Origin: Eledone cirrhosa
Taxonomy: Eukaryota
Direction of reading: 5' to 3'
Assembly (NCBI GenBank): GCA_964016885.1
Contig: OZ024752.1
Span: 21,948,001-22,012,000, forward strand
DNA length: 64,000 bases
In this document: positions 1 through 11,069 of the stretch, one piece after another
Layout of the letters: every line of letters starts with the position of its first letter
Numbering within the stretch: the stretch's first letter is position 1
Notes under the pieces: generated by a model
What the model was told of the DNA's origin: nothing
Database searches by the model: none
Seen by the model: the letters and a program-made list of their open reading frames with translations, nothing else
Translations under genes and position numbers: made by a program

Positions 1-612
1 GTCTACCTACTCTGTAACTTCCATCTATTTTGATCGCCCTGCACTTTTTTATACAGCTGTCGCCTTTCATGCACATCACGTGACCATACCAACGTAATCT
101 CCATTCAAGTAAACACCATCTGATTTCTCTTATTCCTAATTTCTCACTTAGTTCATTTATGTTTTGCCGTTCATGTATATTACTATTACACATCCAACGG
201 AGCATGCAAGCTTCATTCCTTTCCAGTTTGCACAGGTCCTCTGCATATAATGCCCATGTCTCACTGCCATGTGACATTGCTTTTCGTATGCACACATCAT
301 ACAATCTGCCTTTCATTTTTAGAGAGAAACCTTTAGTGGCCAATAGTGGTATAAGCTCTCTGAACTTTTTCCATCCCGTTCTGACTCTGGCTACTGTACT
401 TTCAGAGCAACCTCCACCACTGCTGATTTTGTCACCCAGGTAACAGAAGATGTCCACTATTTCTATAGAACCATCTGGGCAATAGAAGGAGCTAGTATCC
501 TGTGGACACTTGCTACTTATTGCACCTGAGCATCGGCCACATATAAAATCTATATTCTTAGATAGTTTACCTGTGATCCCACTACATGTTTTATGTACTC
601 ATACTTTGCATA
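1..612 (-). mobile_element. RTE-clade LINE fragment (subfamily B), degenerate C-terminal part of ORF2
   Basis: Reverse complement matches the copy at 7950-8858 (VDxFxYLGDKISSGGGCSES, WKKFRELIPLLATKGFSL, SETWA, RWYGHV). It runs off the window and its 5'-truncated end abuts (TA)n at ~611. Confidence 0.85.
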
Positions 613-623
613 TATATATATAT

Positions 624-2559
624 GACATAGATAATAACTGGAATTTCTTACGTGACAACTTACTGTAGGCTACTGATGAAACTTGTGGCTGGAGCAGAGC
701 TCCAACCAGACAGAGAGTGACTTGGTGGTGGAACAGCACAGTAGATAAGGCCATTAGAGACAAAAGACTAGCATGGAAGGCTTGGAAAAAGGGTGGGAGT
801 AGAGAAGGATATACAGCCGCTAAGAGAGAAGCTAGACGTCAGGTGTACTTAGCACGCAGGGAGGCTGAGAGTAGGAGGTTTGCCACTGTTCTGCGACAGG
901 AAGATCAGAGGCGTGCGGTGTTCCACATTGCAAGGCAGTGTGTCTATGTAAATCAGGATGTTGTTGGAGATAAATGTGTCTGAAATGATGCCGGTGTACT
1001 TAGTGTCACGAATTATCAGAAAAAGGAGGCCTAGAAATGTCATTATGAGAGACTGATGAATGTGGAGAACGAAGGGGAGAGAGAGAAATTATCCTCAGTA
1101 GATCAGACAGAGGGACCAGCTATTGAGATTAGCGAATATAGGGTCCAAGAGGCGATTAAGGAAATGAAAAATGGTAAGGCTGCTGGACCGTTGGGGATAG
1201 TTGCTGAGATGCTGAAGGCATCAGGGGACGTAGACACTAAACTGGTTGCACACATCATCAATCAGGCTATATATGGTGGTGTCATACCCAAAGACTGGTG
1301 CAGCAGTATTCTCATAAATTGTTACAAAGGTAAAGGGGATGCTCTGGAGAGGAGCAATTATAGGGGTATAAAACTGATGGATCAGGTTATGAAAGTGGCA
1401 GAAAGGATTTTAGCACAACTAATTAGAGAAAGGGTCAAACTAGATGAGATGCTGTCAGTAAAGTCAGGGTAGGAATGGAGTTTAGTGAGGAATTCCAGAT
1501 ACAAGTCCTCCAAGCCATAACAGAGGAGTTTAAGACTGGCTGTCCATGGGAACTTCTCTATGCTGACGATCTGGTTCTTATAGCAGAATCAGTAGAGGAG
1601 CTAGAGAATAAATTCTGGCTATGGAAACAGCAGTTGGAAGCAAGAGGACTGAGAGTGAACCTAGCTAAGACAAAAGTGTTGATAAGTAGAAAAGAGGACA
1701 AAACCCTGATTCCGTCAGGGAAATGGCCATGTTCGATATGCAGAAAAAGAACTGGCATAAATTCTATAAAATGCACACAATGCAGATCCTGGGTACACAA
1801 GAGATGTAGAGGGATAGCAGGCAAACTAACAGGTAGGGAGAAATACGTATGCAGTAAATGTACAGGGAAATTAGACAGTAGAAGTCGCATTGATAGACAC
1901 ATTTTTTTTTTAAATGCAGGCCGTTGCTATAGAAGTGGTGGATAGCTTCCAGTACCTAGGAGATCACATTAGCATGGGAGGGGGGGTGTTCCGAGGCCAT
2001 AGTATCTAGAATAAGGACCGGTTGGAAGAGGTTTAGGGAGCTGCTTCCTCTGCTGACGAAGAAGGGTTTCTCCCTGCATACGAAAGGCCGGTTATATGAC
2101 GCCTGTGTGAAGAGCGCGATGCTGCATGGTAGTGAGACATGGGCAGCAACAGCAGAGGATATGCGACGGCTGGAGAGAAATGAGGCAAGCATGCTCCGTT
2201 GGATGTGCAATGTCAATGTGCGAGAATGACCCAGCATGAATGTGTTGAGAGAGAAACTGTGTCTGAGAGAGAGAGAATGTTGTGTGCAAAAGAGGCGACT
2301 GCGGTGGTATGGACATATGATGCGCATGGAGGATGACCGATGGGTGAAGAAGTGCCAGGAAATGCCAGTTGAAGGAAGACGTGGTAGAGGTAGATCGCGA
2401 AAAACATGGGCAGAGGTGGTGAGAACAGACCTCAGATCGCTGAAGCTCACGGTGGAGATGACGAAGGACCGTGACAAGTGGAGAGATGCTGTGCTGAATA
2501 AGACCCACCCCACCCTTGCAAGCAGGGAAAAGTGGATGTAAAATGATGATGATGATGAT
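624..2559 (+). mobile_element. RTE-clade LINE (subfamily A), 5'-truncated, internally deleted, (GAT)n tail
   Basis: Motifs TWWWN, GKAAGP, YKGKGDALERSNYRGIKL, LLYADDLVL, PHD-like Cys cluster and GRxRKTW are present, with stops and frameshifts. It ends GTAAAA(TGA)n and is flanked by (TA)n. Two deletions (~220 bp at ~1451, ~50 bp at ~1505) relative to the 11070-13190 copy. Confidence 0.9.
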
Positions 2560-2570
2560 ATATATATATA

Positions 2571-2969
2571 CTTGGAGTTGTCGAAAAGGAGGACTGTCTT
2601 CCTGGCGTGGAGAATTATGTTTCTTTCCTGGTCGGTGATGAGTGTGAGGGTTTTGGCAAAGTCCAAAGCGGCCGTAAGGAGCAGTAAGGTAATAGAGGCG
2701 TAATAGCTCTCTATGTCGAACTGGATGAATTTGGTGTCCCATTTGTCCTCAATATTCCTGAACCATGAGATGACTTCCTGGGTGCTGACCCAAAGGCTAA
2801 ATCTCGCGTTTTGCTTAACTTTTGGTATAACGCAGTCTAGGATCTTTTTACTGATTCTCCCTATGTCCGACTTCATTGGGTTTATAAGCCAAATGGATCG
2901 TTTGCGGTCGAAGTCGAATTTATGGTCCTTCAGGTTGAAGTAGGGAGTCCGCGGGTTAAGAGGTTCAGA
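2571..2969 (-). mobile_element. Penelope-like (Naiad-type) RT fragment
   Basis: KSDIGRISKKILD..W..T.EVI.WF..I..K....FIQFDIESYYASIT..ARKTVL aligns by eye to the 29280-31184 ORF (KSDLGVVSKAILD..FIQFDIASYYSSIS..ARKTIL). The DNA is diverged and more GC-rich, so it is a different family. Bounded by TA runs. Confidence 0.85.
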
Positions 2970-2976
2970 TATATAT

Positions 2977-3118
2977 ACATCATGTTTAATATAGAAATGG
3001 CTTCTACATGACTAGATCTGTTTCATTCAAATTAAATCATCAGGGCTTTCCAGATGATTTCTTTTGAATGAAACAGTTCTAGTCCTGTAGAAGCCAATTT
3101 CTATATTAAACATGATGT
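2977..3118. repeat. ~65-bp-arm inverted repeat (hairpin) containing hammerhead core remnants
   Basis: ACATCATGTTTAATATAGAAAT..TTTCATTCAAA..ATCATC pairs with its reverse complement across an ~11-nt loop. The minus strand reads CTGATGA..GAAAC AGATCT A GTC. Confidence 0.85.
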
Positions 3119-3515
3119 TAACACTCTAGTAATGTATTGAGTACCTTAGTAACTGTGGTTACCCCGATTCACACACACACACACACACACAATTATATAG
3201 ACGTCTGTGTGTGTGTGTGTTTCTCCCCCTCTCCCTCTCACTCGGATTCCATTAAAAAGAAAACTAAGCAGGGGATAAATTTCCTTTGTACTCAGTCATC
3301 CCACGATACGATTTCGATTCTAGGTGGGAACAATTTTCATATTTTTTATTTCTTTTGCTTCACTTACATAACTAATGTATTTGGGTAAAGCATGAATGCC
3401 ACCACACACACACACCTTCTCTGTTATCATTTCAAAACCCTGTGTTATGTAAAATAAAAATTTAATGTAAAATATCAAGAAAGCCACTAAATCTGCAATA
3501 ACAATAACATCTTAG

Positions 3516-3712
3516 GGTTGTTGTTGTTTAGCCCCCTACCTTCAGATTAGTCCTGGGCGAGCAAACTTATGATCAAAGACATTACAGCCGTGACCATTCC
3601 GACTGTTTCTTTAAACAATGACTAGTTTGTTCCATGTACCCGTTTTTAGGACCGCGAAGGATAATTTTGGGAAAATTTGGCTGCTATTTTCAGCAAGACG
3701 AGATAGAACGTA
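3516..3712 (-). mobile_element. SINE-like repeat (family X), (CAA)n tail
   Basis: Shares GATCAAAGACATT.CAGC..TGAC and ATTTGGCTGCTATTT..AGCA motifs with copies at ~3893-4085, 4425-5070 and 13636-13810. The 3' end lies at (GTT)n-TAGCCCC. Confidence 0.6.
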
Positions 3713-3892
3713 AGGAGCTCCCTGTTAGTCGTCAAAGAAGACAAACATGAAAGAAATAAGGAATTGTGGTGGTGTTGAAGCGTTCGTCTCTCAGCAAACA
3801 GCTTAATATCTCTTTTGGCAACAAAACCTGAAGACAGTGCGGTTGTTGGGTGCAAAATTGAAGTATTTTCGCTGGTTGTTTCTGATGTATAA

Positions 3893-4085
3893 TCCTGATC
3901 AAGGAGACCTTGATTAAAGACATTCCAGCTATGACTATACCGTCATTTCCGACTTTTGCCTATGTACAAGGGGTCCCAGAATCACATCTAACGCATCCCC
4001 ATTTTGTTGTTTTGTTTGTTTTCTTTTTGGTAATAACGTTATGATATGACATGAAAATTTCATTGCTATTTCTAGCAGGTTGAAC
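3893..4085 (-). mobile_element. SINE-like repeat (family X), degenerate
   Basis: GATTAAAGACATTCCAGCTATGACT and TTGCTATTTCTAGCAGGTTGA match the same family. Confidence 0.55.
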
Positions 4086-4178
4086 GATTACGCATGTGAG
4101 GCCGCCCCCTTCGTTGGTTGGTTATTTTAGTTGTCTCCATAAACCCAATACATATGTGTGTGTGTGTATGCATATATA

Positions 4179-4258
<80 letters not shown>

Positions 4259-4424
4259 ATATATATATACATATATTCATATTCATTTTATTAAGGCTAA
4301 ATAGTGAATCTTGTTACTATGGAGTTTCGTCTGTTTATTACAGGGTCATCACACACACGCAGGCACACACACACATAAATATCAAAAACAATATCTGATG
4401 AGACAAACCAACGTTTGTCTACGT

Positions 4425-4545
4425 AGTCGTTAGACCTGCTAGAAGTACCAGCTAAATCTCCCTAAAATCACGCTAGCGTTTAAAAAAGTGACATTGGGCA
4501 ACGTAGTCGTATATATATATATATATATACGGGTCCGTCAACTCC

Positions 4546-4577
<32 letters not shown>

Positions 4578-4736
4578 ATACTTGGGGAGGGTCATATTTG
4601 TGTAATATTGCCAGAATTAATAACAGAACACACTCACTGTTTGGTTGGTTTTCGCTGTCTTTTATATCTGTAATCTAACTTACTCGGTCCTCAATGTTGC
4701 CATTGACTGACCGACGGTCAAAAATATAGATACAAC

Positions 4737-4797
<61 letters not shown>

Positions 4798-5070
4798 TGA
4801 AAATAGTCAGGACCCCGACGGCTGAGCTCCGGCCGTTTCGATGTCGAAACGGCCGGAGCTCAGCCGCCACGGTCCTGACTCTTTTCCTATTACCCACTCT
4901 ACTACCCTAAGTATTGAGTACTCTGGTGCGTTATGGTCCACCTGGTTCCTTACCACACCCTCTTTGTTATATATATATATATATATATATGACTACGTTG
5001 CCGCCTATCTGTATATAGGATGGTCTCGGCCGGAACGTCTTCGATCGCAATTTTACTGATTCAAGGTAAG
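4425..5070 (+). mobile_element. SINE-like repeat (family X) split by TA tracts and nested inserts (4511-4990)
   Basis: The 5' half (GACCTGCTAGAAGTACCAGCTAAATCTCCCT..ACATTGG) and the 3' half (GGATGGTC..GGAACGTCTTCGATC) are collinear with the 13636-13810 copy. Confidence 0.5.
4805..4880. repeat. GC-rich near-perfect palindrome
   Basis: AGTCAGGACC-4nt-CGGCTGAGCTCCGGCCGTTTCGA-TG-TCGAAACGGCCGGAGCTCAGCCG-4nt-GGTCCTGACT gives a 23-bp perfect inner stem plus a 10-bp outer stem. Confidence 0.95.
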
Positions 5071-5475
5071 GTGCAGCTGGTGATGGTGGTGGGGTATACA
5101 ACAATAAAAGCAACTGAACGCCGGTCCGCAGCTTTAAAAACATTAATTTTCGAGACATATACAACACCCATAACAGATGTGAACAAGGTTAATATTGTTG
5201 TGCAGTAGAAAATCTGTGGGACACTTACCAAAGAACGATTGTAAACTCTGTAGTAATGGTAGCGGTGGTTGTTATAGAAGTGACAGTTCTCTACTTATGT
5301 TGATGATGACGATAATGGTGATGGTGATTATATTGTAGAGGTGGTACTTGGTAGCGATGCCGTCCCATTTCAGAAAAGACTAGATTGATAGCAGCCAAGC
5401 AACCCGGTTAGAAAGCCAGATGTAGCCGGGTGTCAATAGACAGCTAACGGAAGAGTGAGGGAGTCGCTGTAGTGG

Positions 5476-5766
5476 ACACACACACACATATATATGTATA
5501 TATATATACACACACGTATATACACATACATTCACACATGTATATAAGTATTGATATAAACATTGATACTTGCACCGGGATGTCTTATTAATACACACAC
5601 ACACATGTATGTATGTATGTATGTATGTATGTTTGTATGTATGTATGTATGTATGTGTGCTTGCGGCTGTATATGTATCTTTCATGAGAGCGTATGTTTG
5701 TGTTCACACTATTTCTCTTTCTCAGTCTCTTAGTTCTCCCCCTCTCTCTCTTTCTTTCTCTCTCTC

Positions 5767-5828
<62 letters not shown>

Positions 5829-5830
5829 AA
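5476..5830. repeat. Compound microsatellite (CA, TA, TATG, CT, GA)
   Basis: Directly visible simple repeats. Confidence 0.9.
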
Positions 5831-6383
5831 GAGGTAGAACACTGGAAGGTAATATCTCTAGTGGTAGAGCACTCAGTCTATGGGACAAGTTTGGTATAAG
5901 TAGTAACACAACAGTTAGTTCACCATACCAAGAACAATTGTTTCACCTTAGCGGATCTTCAGCTGGGACTAGTCATGGTTATACGGAACAGGAAGAACAA
6001 CCGTATGAAAGTGCATGCGCAGAAAGGGTCACTTCACCCAAGCGATACAAAACCACGGGCGAAAAGTGTCAGGGAAATAACTGTGAATGTACGGAATAAA
6101 ATGTTTGAGTTGATTAGAAAATTAGAATGTTGTTGTTATTCAATCCGGAGCTTTTTGCAGTTATGCAAGAAGTGTTTCCAGACATGTGGAAAACGTGAGA
6201 TTTCATTTCTTGAATTTAGGCAATCGCTATTGCGTAATCCCCTTAGAATGTTTATCCTTTCTTCAAAACACAGTCCTCGAGACGGATTGCCCCTTGCGTA
6301 TGGCTTGGTAGACTACCCAGTGAATTTCCAACCGATAAGGTATGTTTTTCATGGGTACATCTCTATTTATAAAACAAACTTTG

Positions 6384-6448
6384 TATTTTATCTGATGAAA
6401 GCGTACCAATGTTATCTTGGTTGCCCTTGAAATATATATAATAAAATA
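6384..6448 (+). ncRNA. Putative minimal type I hammerhead ribozyme
   Basis: TATTTTAT-CTGATGA-[imperfect stem II]-GAAA-TATATA-TA|ATAAAATA. Stem I is 8 bp and stem III is palindromic. An AATAAA and a (TA)n run follow. Confidence 0.6.
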
Positions 6449-6492
6449 AATATGTTTTTATAAATATAGTTTCCATTTATTTAATATCATTG

Positions 6493-6576
<84 letters not shown>

Positions 6577-6798
6577 AGAGTATTGAAGTTTGCTTGAAGC
6601 ATTGTGGAATAATAAGATTTATTTTCTTATGGTCGTTTTGGAAGCCTCAACAATGCAGATGGGTAAGTCTCCGGGTAGCAGAATCCGGTGGTGAAGAGAG
6701 AGATGTACGGGAATGTAGAATGAGATGTATAGTGTGTAGAGGAACGTAGGAAAGAGCGTAAAAAATAAAAATAATAACACGAGATGGAGTTACCTTAG

Positions 6799-7337
6799 GA
6801 GAGATTTAATTGTCCCTATATTTCGGTCGCATCCATCAACTGGGGGGTTTTCCGGGGGGGGGGAGATCATCCACCAATGCTATCCGCATGACTATACGGA
6901 GAGAGGGCTTCAACATCCACCTGGCCCACTCGGGCCCCTCCCTGCGAAGATGCCTCTCCAGGAAACCCTGGATATCGACTTACGCGTGTTCCCTCAGAAA
7001 CTGTCCGATACGCCATATGAACTGTTGCTTATGCACATACGTCGTGTATAAGGTAGAATGTGACAAGTGCAACCACTATTATATCGGTAGCACAATCCGG
7101 CTGCTACACATCCGGATCAAGGAGCACATCAACACCAGGGCCTCGTCTTTCCGGAAACACATAACCAAATGCGGAAACAAAGACGGAAGGCCCATTGTCA
7201 CAGTGTTAGCGACAGAACGCAACGTCGGCACGTTACGAATCAAGGAAGCACTTTGGATCAAACGCCTAGGGCCACAAATAAATAACCGATCCGAGAGAAG
7301 CGAAATGAAGTGGTTGGTGTAAACAAACGAGACAACA

Positions 7338-7369
<32 letters not shown>

Positions 7370-7721
7370 GCATTCGAACGATTATTATTGTGTGTAGCAC
7401 CGCCACCATCCACCGACCAGGCAGAATACTACTACCATAGGAATATACTACACTGCTAGTACGTAAAACCAGCACAGATAAATAGTACAATGGATTGACA
7501 GCTAACGCCATCCCACTCCCACATTAAAAGAACTACTTCGACCGTCGACCTTTACTTGACCGCACTTATTCCGCGCGCGCGCTCTGAAGAATGCCTCAGT
7601 TAGTCACGAACAGCAAACAGCAGAGGACACGTACCATTCCTCTCCGACAGATAACCACTCCCCAGCCCCACCCCCTAGTTGATGGATGCGAATCCGAAAT
7701 ATAGGGACAATTAAATCTCTC
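6799..7721 (+). mobile_element. Penelope-like element 3' fragment (GIY-YIG endonuclease + 3' UTR) with ~48-bp inverted terminal duplication
   Basis: 6799-6846 is the reverse complement of 7672-7721 apart from small indels. The two arms enclose the endonuclease ORF remnant. Confidence 0.8.
6862..7322 (+). pseudogene. PLE C-terminal GIY-YIG endonuclease domain (5'-truncated)
   Basis: C..NCPI....C....VVYKVECDKCNHYYIGSTIRLLHIRIKEH....SFRKH..C...LRIKEALWIKRLGPQINNRSE is a typical PLE GIY-YIG pattern. Confidence 0.85.
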
Positions 7722-7949
7722 CCAACGTAACTTTATAAGTAGTGTGGTTCTTTGGTGGGTAGGGGGCTATGAAAGGTGAATAATGACCTGAGTAAGGAAA
7801 GTTACATATAAATAAAAGCAGGATACAAAGATAAAGAATACATTGATAAAAATACATTAATAAACTAATAAAAGTAAAAAGTAAAATACATAAATAAAAC
7901 CTGGTACCACCTGTTACCATTCCATCTCTTCCATCCTCTTTATCTATAT

Positions 7950-9586
7950 GTACAAATTCCAAACATGGAAGCAAGGCCTAGAATCAAAAGGCCTTAAAAT
8001 TAACCTGGCTAAGACTAAAGTTCTAGTTTGTAGGAAAGAAAATAAGGCGGCGGTCCCTTCTGGGAAATGGCCATGCTCAGTGTGTAGGAAAGGCGTAGGT
8101 AGAAACTCCATTTTATGTCCCAAATGCAAAGTATGGGTGCATAAAAGATGTAGTGGGATCACAGGTAAGCTAACTAAGAACATAGATTTTACATATGGCT
8201 GGTGCTCTGGTGCAATAAGTAGCAGCAAGTGCCCACAAAATACTAGCTCTTTCAATTGCGCAGAGGGTTCTATAGAAATAGTGGACAGCTTCCATTACCT
8301 GGGTGACAAAATCAGCAGTGGGGGAGGGTGCTCTGAAAGTACAGTAGCTAGAGTCAGAACTGGATGGAAAAAGTTCAGAGAGCTTATACCACTATTAGCC
8401 ACTAAAGGGTTCTCCCTAAAAATGAAAGGCAGGTTATACGATGCCTGCATACAAACAGCAATGCTGCATGGCAGTGAGACCTGGGCATTGTGTGCAGAGG
8501 ATATACGCAGACTAGAGAGGAACGAAGCTTGCATGCTCCGCTGGATGTGCAATAGTATATACGTGAACGGCTAAGCATAAACGAACTAAGGAAAAAATTA
8601 GAAATAAGAGGGATCAGATGTTGTCTACTCGAGAGAAGGCTACGTTGGTATGGTCACATGATGCGCATGAAAGACGACAGCTGTATAACAAAGTGCAGGG
8701 TAATAAAGATAGACGGTAGCCACGGAGTAGGCAGACCCAGAAAAACCTGGGACGACATGATAAATTCCGACCTCACACGCTTACACTTCTCCAAGACAAT
8801 GTCACTGGACCGAGACCTTTGGCGGTACTCAGTAATAGAGAAGACCCGCCTTACCTAAATACAAAGTAAAACCTACTACAGTCAGTAGGCATCTCTATCA
8901 AAACACACCCCCGTCCCACCACCCCCACCCCATCCACACCGCCCCTTTCAATGTAAAGTTATGTTGGTGCCACAACATCCAGGCCGAAACAAATGAGGTT
9001 GTGTAGGTGTCACGACAAGAAAAACACACAGTCCACGCTGTAAATGTGGCCGTGTAGGCAACACGGTAAAAACCTCCCAGCCCCACACTGTAAATGTGGT
9101 TGGTGTTAGGAACGGCATCCAGCTGTAGAAAACCCGCCAGACAGTCCACGCTGTAATGTGGCCGTGTAGGCAACACGGTAAAAACCTCCCAGCCCCACAC
9201 TGTAAATGTGGTTGGTGTTAGGAACGGCATCCAGCTGTAGAAAACCCGCCAGACAGTCCACGCTGTAATGTGGCCGTGTAGGCAACACGGTAAAAACCTC
9301 CCAGCCCCACACTGTAAATGTGGTTGGTGTTAGGAACGGCATCCAGCTGTAGAAAACCCGCCAGACAGTCCACGCTGTAATGTGGCCGTGTAGGCAACAC
9401 GGTAAAAACCTCCCAGCCCCACACTGTAAATGTGGTTGGTGTTAGGAAGGGCATCCAGCTGTAGAAAACCCGCCAGACAGTCCTATGCGAGCAAGACAAC
9501 CACTCTTGCCTCAAGTGGGAAAACCCCCGTCCAAACCCATGCAAGCGTGGAACACGGACGCTAAACCTTGATGATGATGATGATGA
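7950..9586 (+). mobile_element. RTE-clade LINE (subfamily B), 5'-truncated, long 3' UTR, (GAT)n tail
   Basis: ORF pieces 7948-8574 and 8658-8858 (GLKINLAKTK, Cys cluster, YLG, SETWA, GRPRKTW). The 3' UTR is shared with 33482-33864 and 43499-44393. Confidence 0.9.
9028..9483 (+). repeat. Tandem array of ~4 x 112 bp inside the RTE 3' UTR
   Basis: AAAACCCGCC recurs at 9129, 9241, 9353 and 9465. Confidence 0.95.
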
Positions 9587-10874
9587 CAACCTGTATTATC
9601 TTACTACAACTTGATCTATATTGTATTTCCCCTTTGCTCTGATTCCTCCGATATGTTCTTATATACTTCCGTCTTATTACATCACTACCCTAGCTATGAA
9701 GACGTTTTATTTACTTTTATTAGTTTATTAATTTATTTTTATCAATGTATTCTTTATCTTTGTATCCTGCTTTTATTTATATGTAACTTTCCTTACTCAG
9801 GTCATTATGCACCTTTCATAGCCCCCTACCCACCAAAGAACCACACTACTTATAACCCGGACTAACTGGGAATTTAAAATAATTATAGTCTATTTGCACT
9901 CTTTATTGGGTTTTGCTACCTTCGATTGATGTAGTGGCTTTACCCGGCTGCGCGATGGGCGCTCGGAAAGTTCAGCCTTCCTTGAGTGCTTGGAAAAATA
10001 AATTTCCCCTCTTTCGGTAAACAAAATTACTCGGAGCGGCTTGCTTTGCCCCGGGCCCGCCGCGCCGCCTGTTTTGGCTGCCATAGTATACTTATCGCTA
10101 TAAACTCTAGGCTTAGGCATAACTGTTAGCTGTATCATGCCTCTACTGGCATGTAAATAAACCCATGTGGGAATTAATAGTATTCATTTGGTATTGACGA
10201 TGGCCTGCTGAAATTGTAGACTTCCCACTAGCACACCCGGGGCCTAGGGTAGCTACGTTCCTTGAGTACTCAGAAAAATTAATTTCCACATCTTTCGCTG
10301 GACGATACCACTCGTAACTGGCTGATATGTTGTTAGGAGGTGCTGGCTGGGATTCACAATCGAAGGCTTTAATCTTTACTCTATTATCCCACCCTGATTT
10401 CTTATCGAGATTAACTTTTTCATATAAGACTCTCTCTGTAAGTTCATTAAATAATTTTTTTTATTTATTTTCCAATGTTCAATTTATTATTTTTTAATTT
10501 TATTTCATTCTATAACTCGTAACATAAGTTTAACGTTCCAATTTTCTGTCCACACATTACAGACCCCCATTATATATGCCTTTGTTAAAATATAGATTCT
10601 TTAGAATAACATTTTTCGTGGCATTTTCTAGCTTGACTGTAGTGTGACCCTTATGCTGACTTCTTTCTTTTTTCTTTCTTTCTTTCGTCCCCTATTTTAT
10701 TCTTTGGCGGAGTGGTAGTACATTATAAGCCTTCGCCCCCTCACCAGATGGTCATTAGTAGATCATCACTTGAGGGCGACTGACCGAGGTGAAGACAGCT
10801 AGTTGGTCAGTCGTCCTCTTTGTCTCGGATTTTTCGGACCCATGGGTTTTACATATTCCTTTGTTATATTTCGA

Positions 10875-10932
10875 ATACCTGATGAAATCACCGGATTCAT
10901 ATGGAACCCGGTGATTGAAATGATCATAGTAT
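10875..10932 (+). ncRNA. Putative minimal type I hammerhead ribozyme
   Basis: ATAC-CTGATGA-AATCACCGG-13nt-CCGGTGATT-GAAA-TGATCA-TA|GTAT. The core is perfect, stem II is 9 bp, stem III is palindromic and stem I is 4 bp. AATAAA lies at 10933 and (TA)n ~50 nt downstream. Confidence 0.8.
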
Positions 10933-10983
10933 AATAAACCTTTCTAGGATTTACACCAGTCCAGCCTCCTGTTATTTTTATTG

Positions 10984-11023
<40 letters not shown>

Positions 11024-11069
11024 ATATATATATATATATATACATATATATTATATATATATATATATA

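Larger units (their letters stand above)
7733..9855. repeat. ~150-bp inverted repeat pair (7733-7900 / 9704-9855) with an RTE inserted in the spacer
   Basis: TTATAAGTAGTGTGGTTCTTTGGTGGG..TAAATAAAAC matches its reverse complement. Near-identical spurious ORFs appear on opposite strands in the ORF track. Confidence 0.85.

Noticed and set aside
4395-4428. Hammerhead-like CTGATGA + 7-bp stem (GACAAAC/GTTTGTC)
   Set aside because: The GAAA core is missing, so it is at most a dead remnant.
4497-5002. 12-bp inverted repeat GGCAACGTAGTC/GACTACGTTGCC as possible transposon TIRs
   Set aside because: It is better explained as an internal dyad of the split SINE-like repeat. No target-site duplication is present.
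5975-6430. 151-aa ORF with faint piggyBac-like SFLEFRQSL motif
   Set aside because: There is only a single weak motif, with no catalytic residues or terminal repeats.
7672-7706. Hammerhead-like GGAT-GCGA-ATCC-GAAA-TATA-GGG
   Set aside because: The CUGANGA box is degenerate in both arms, so it is not called as a ribozyme.
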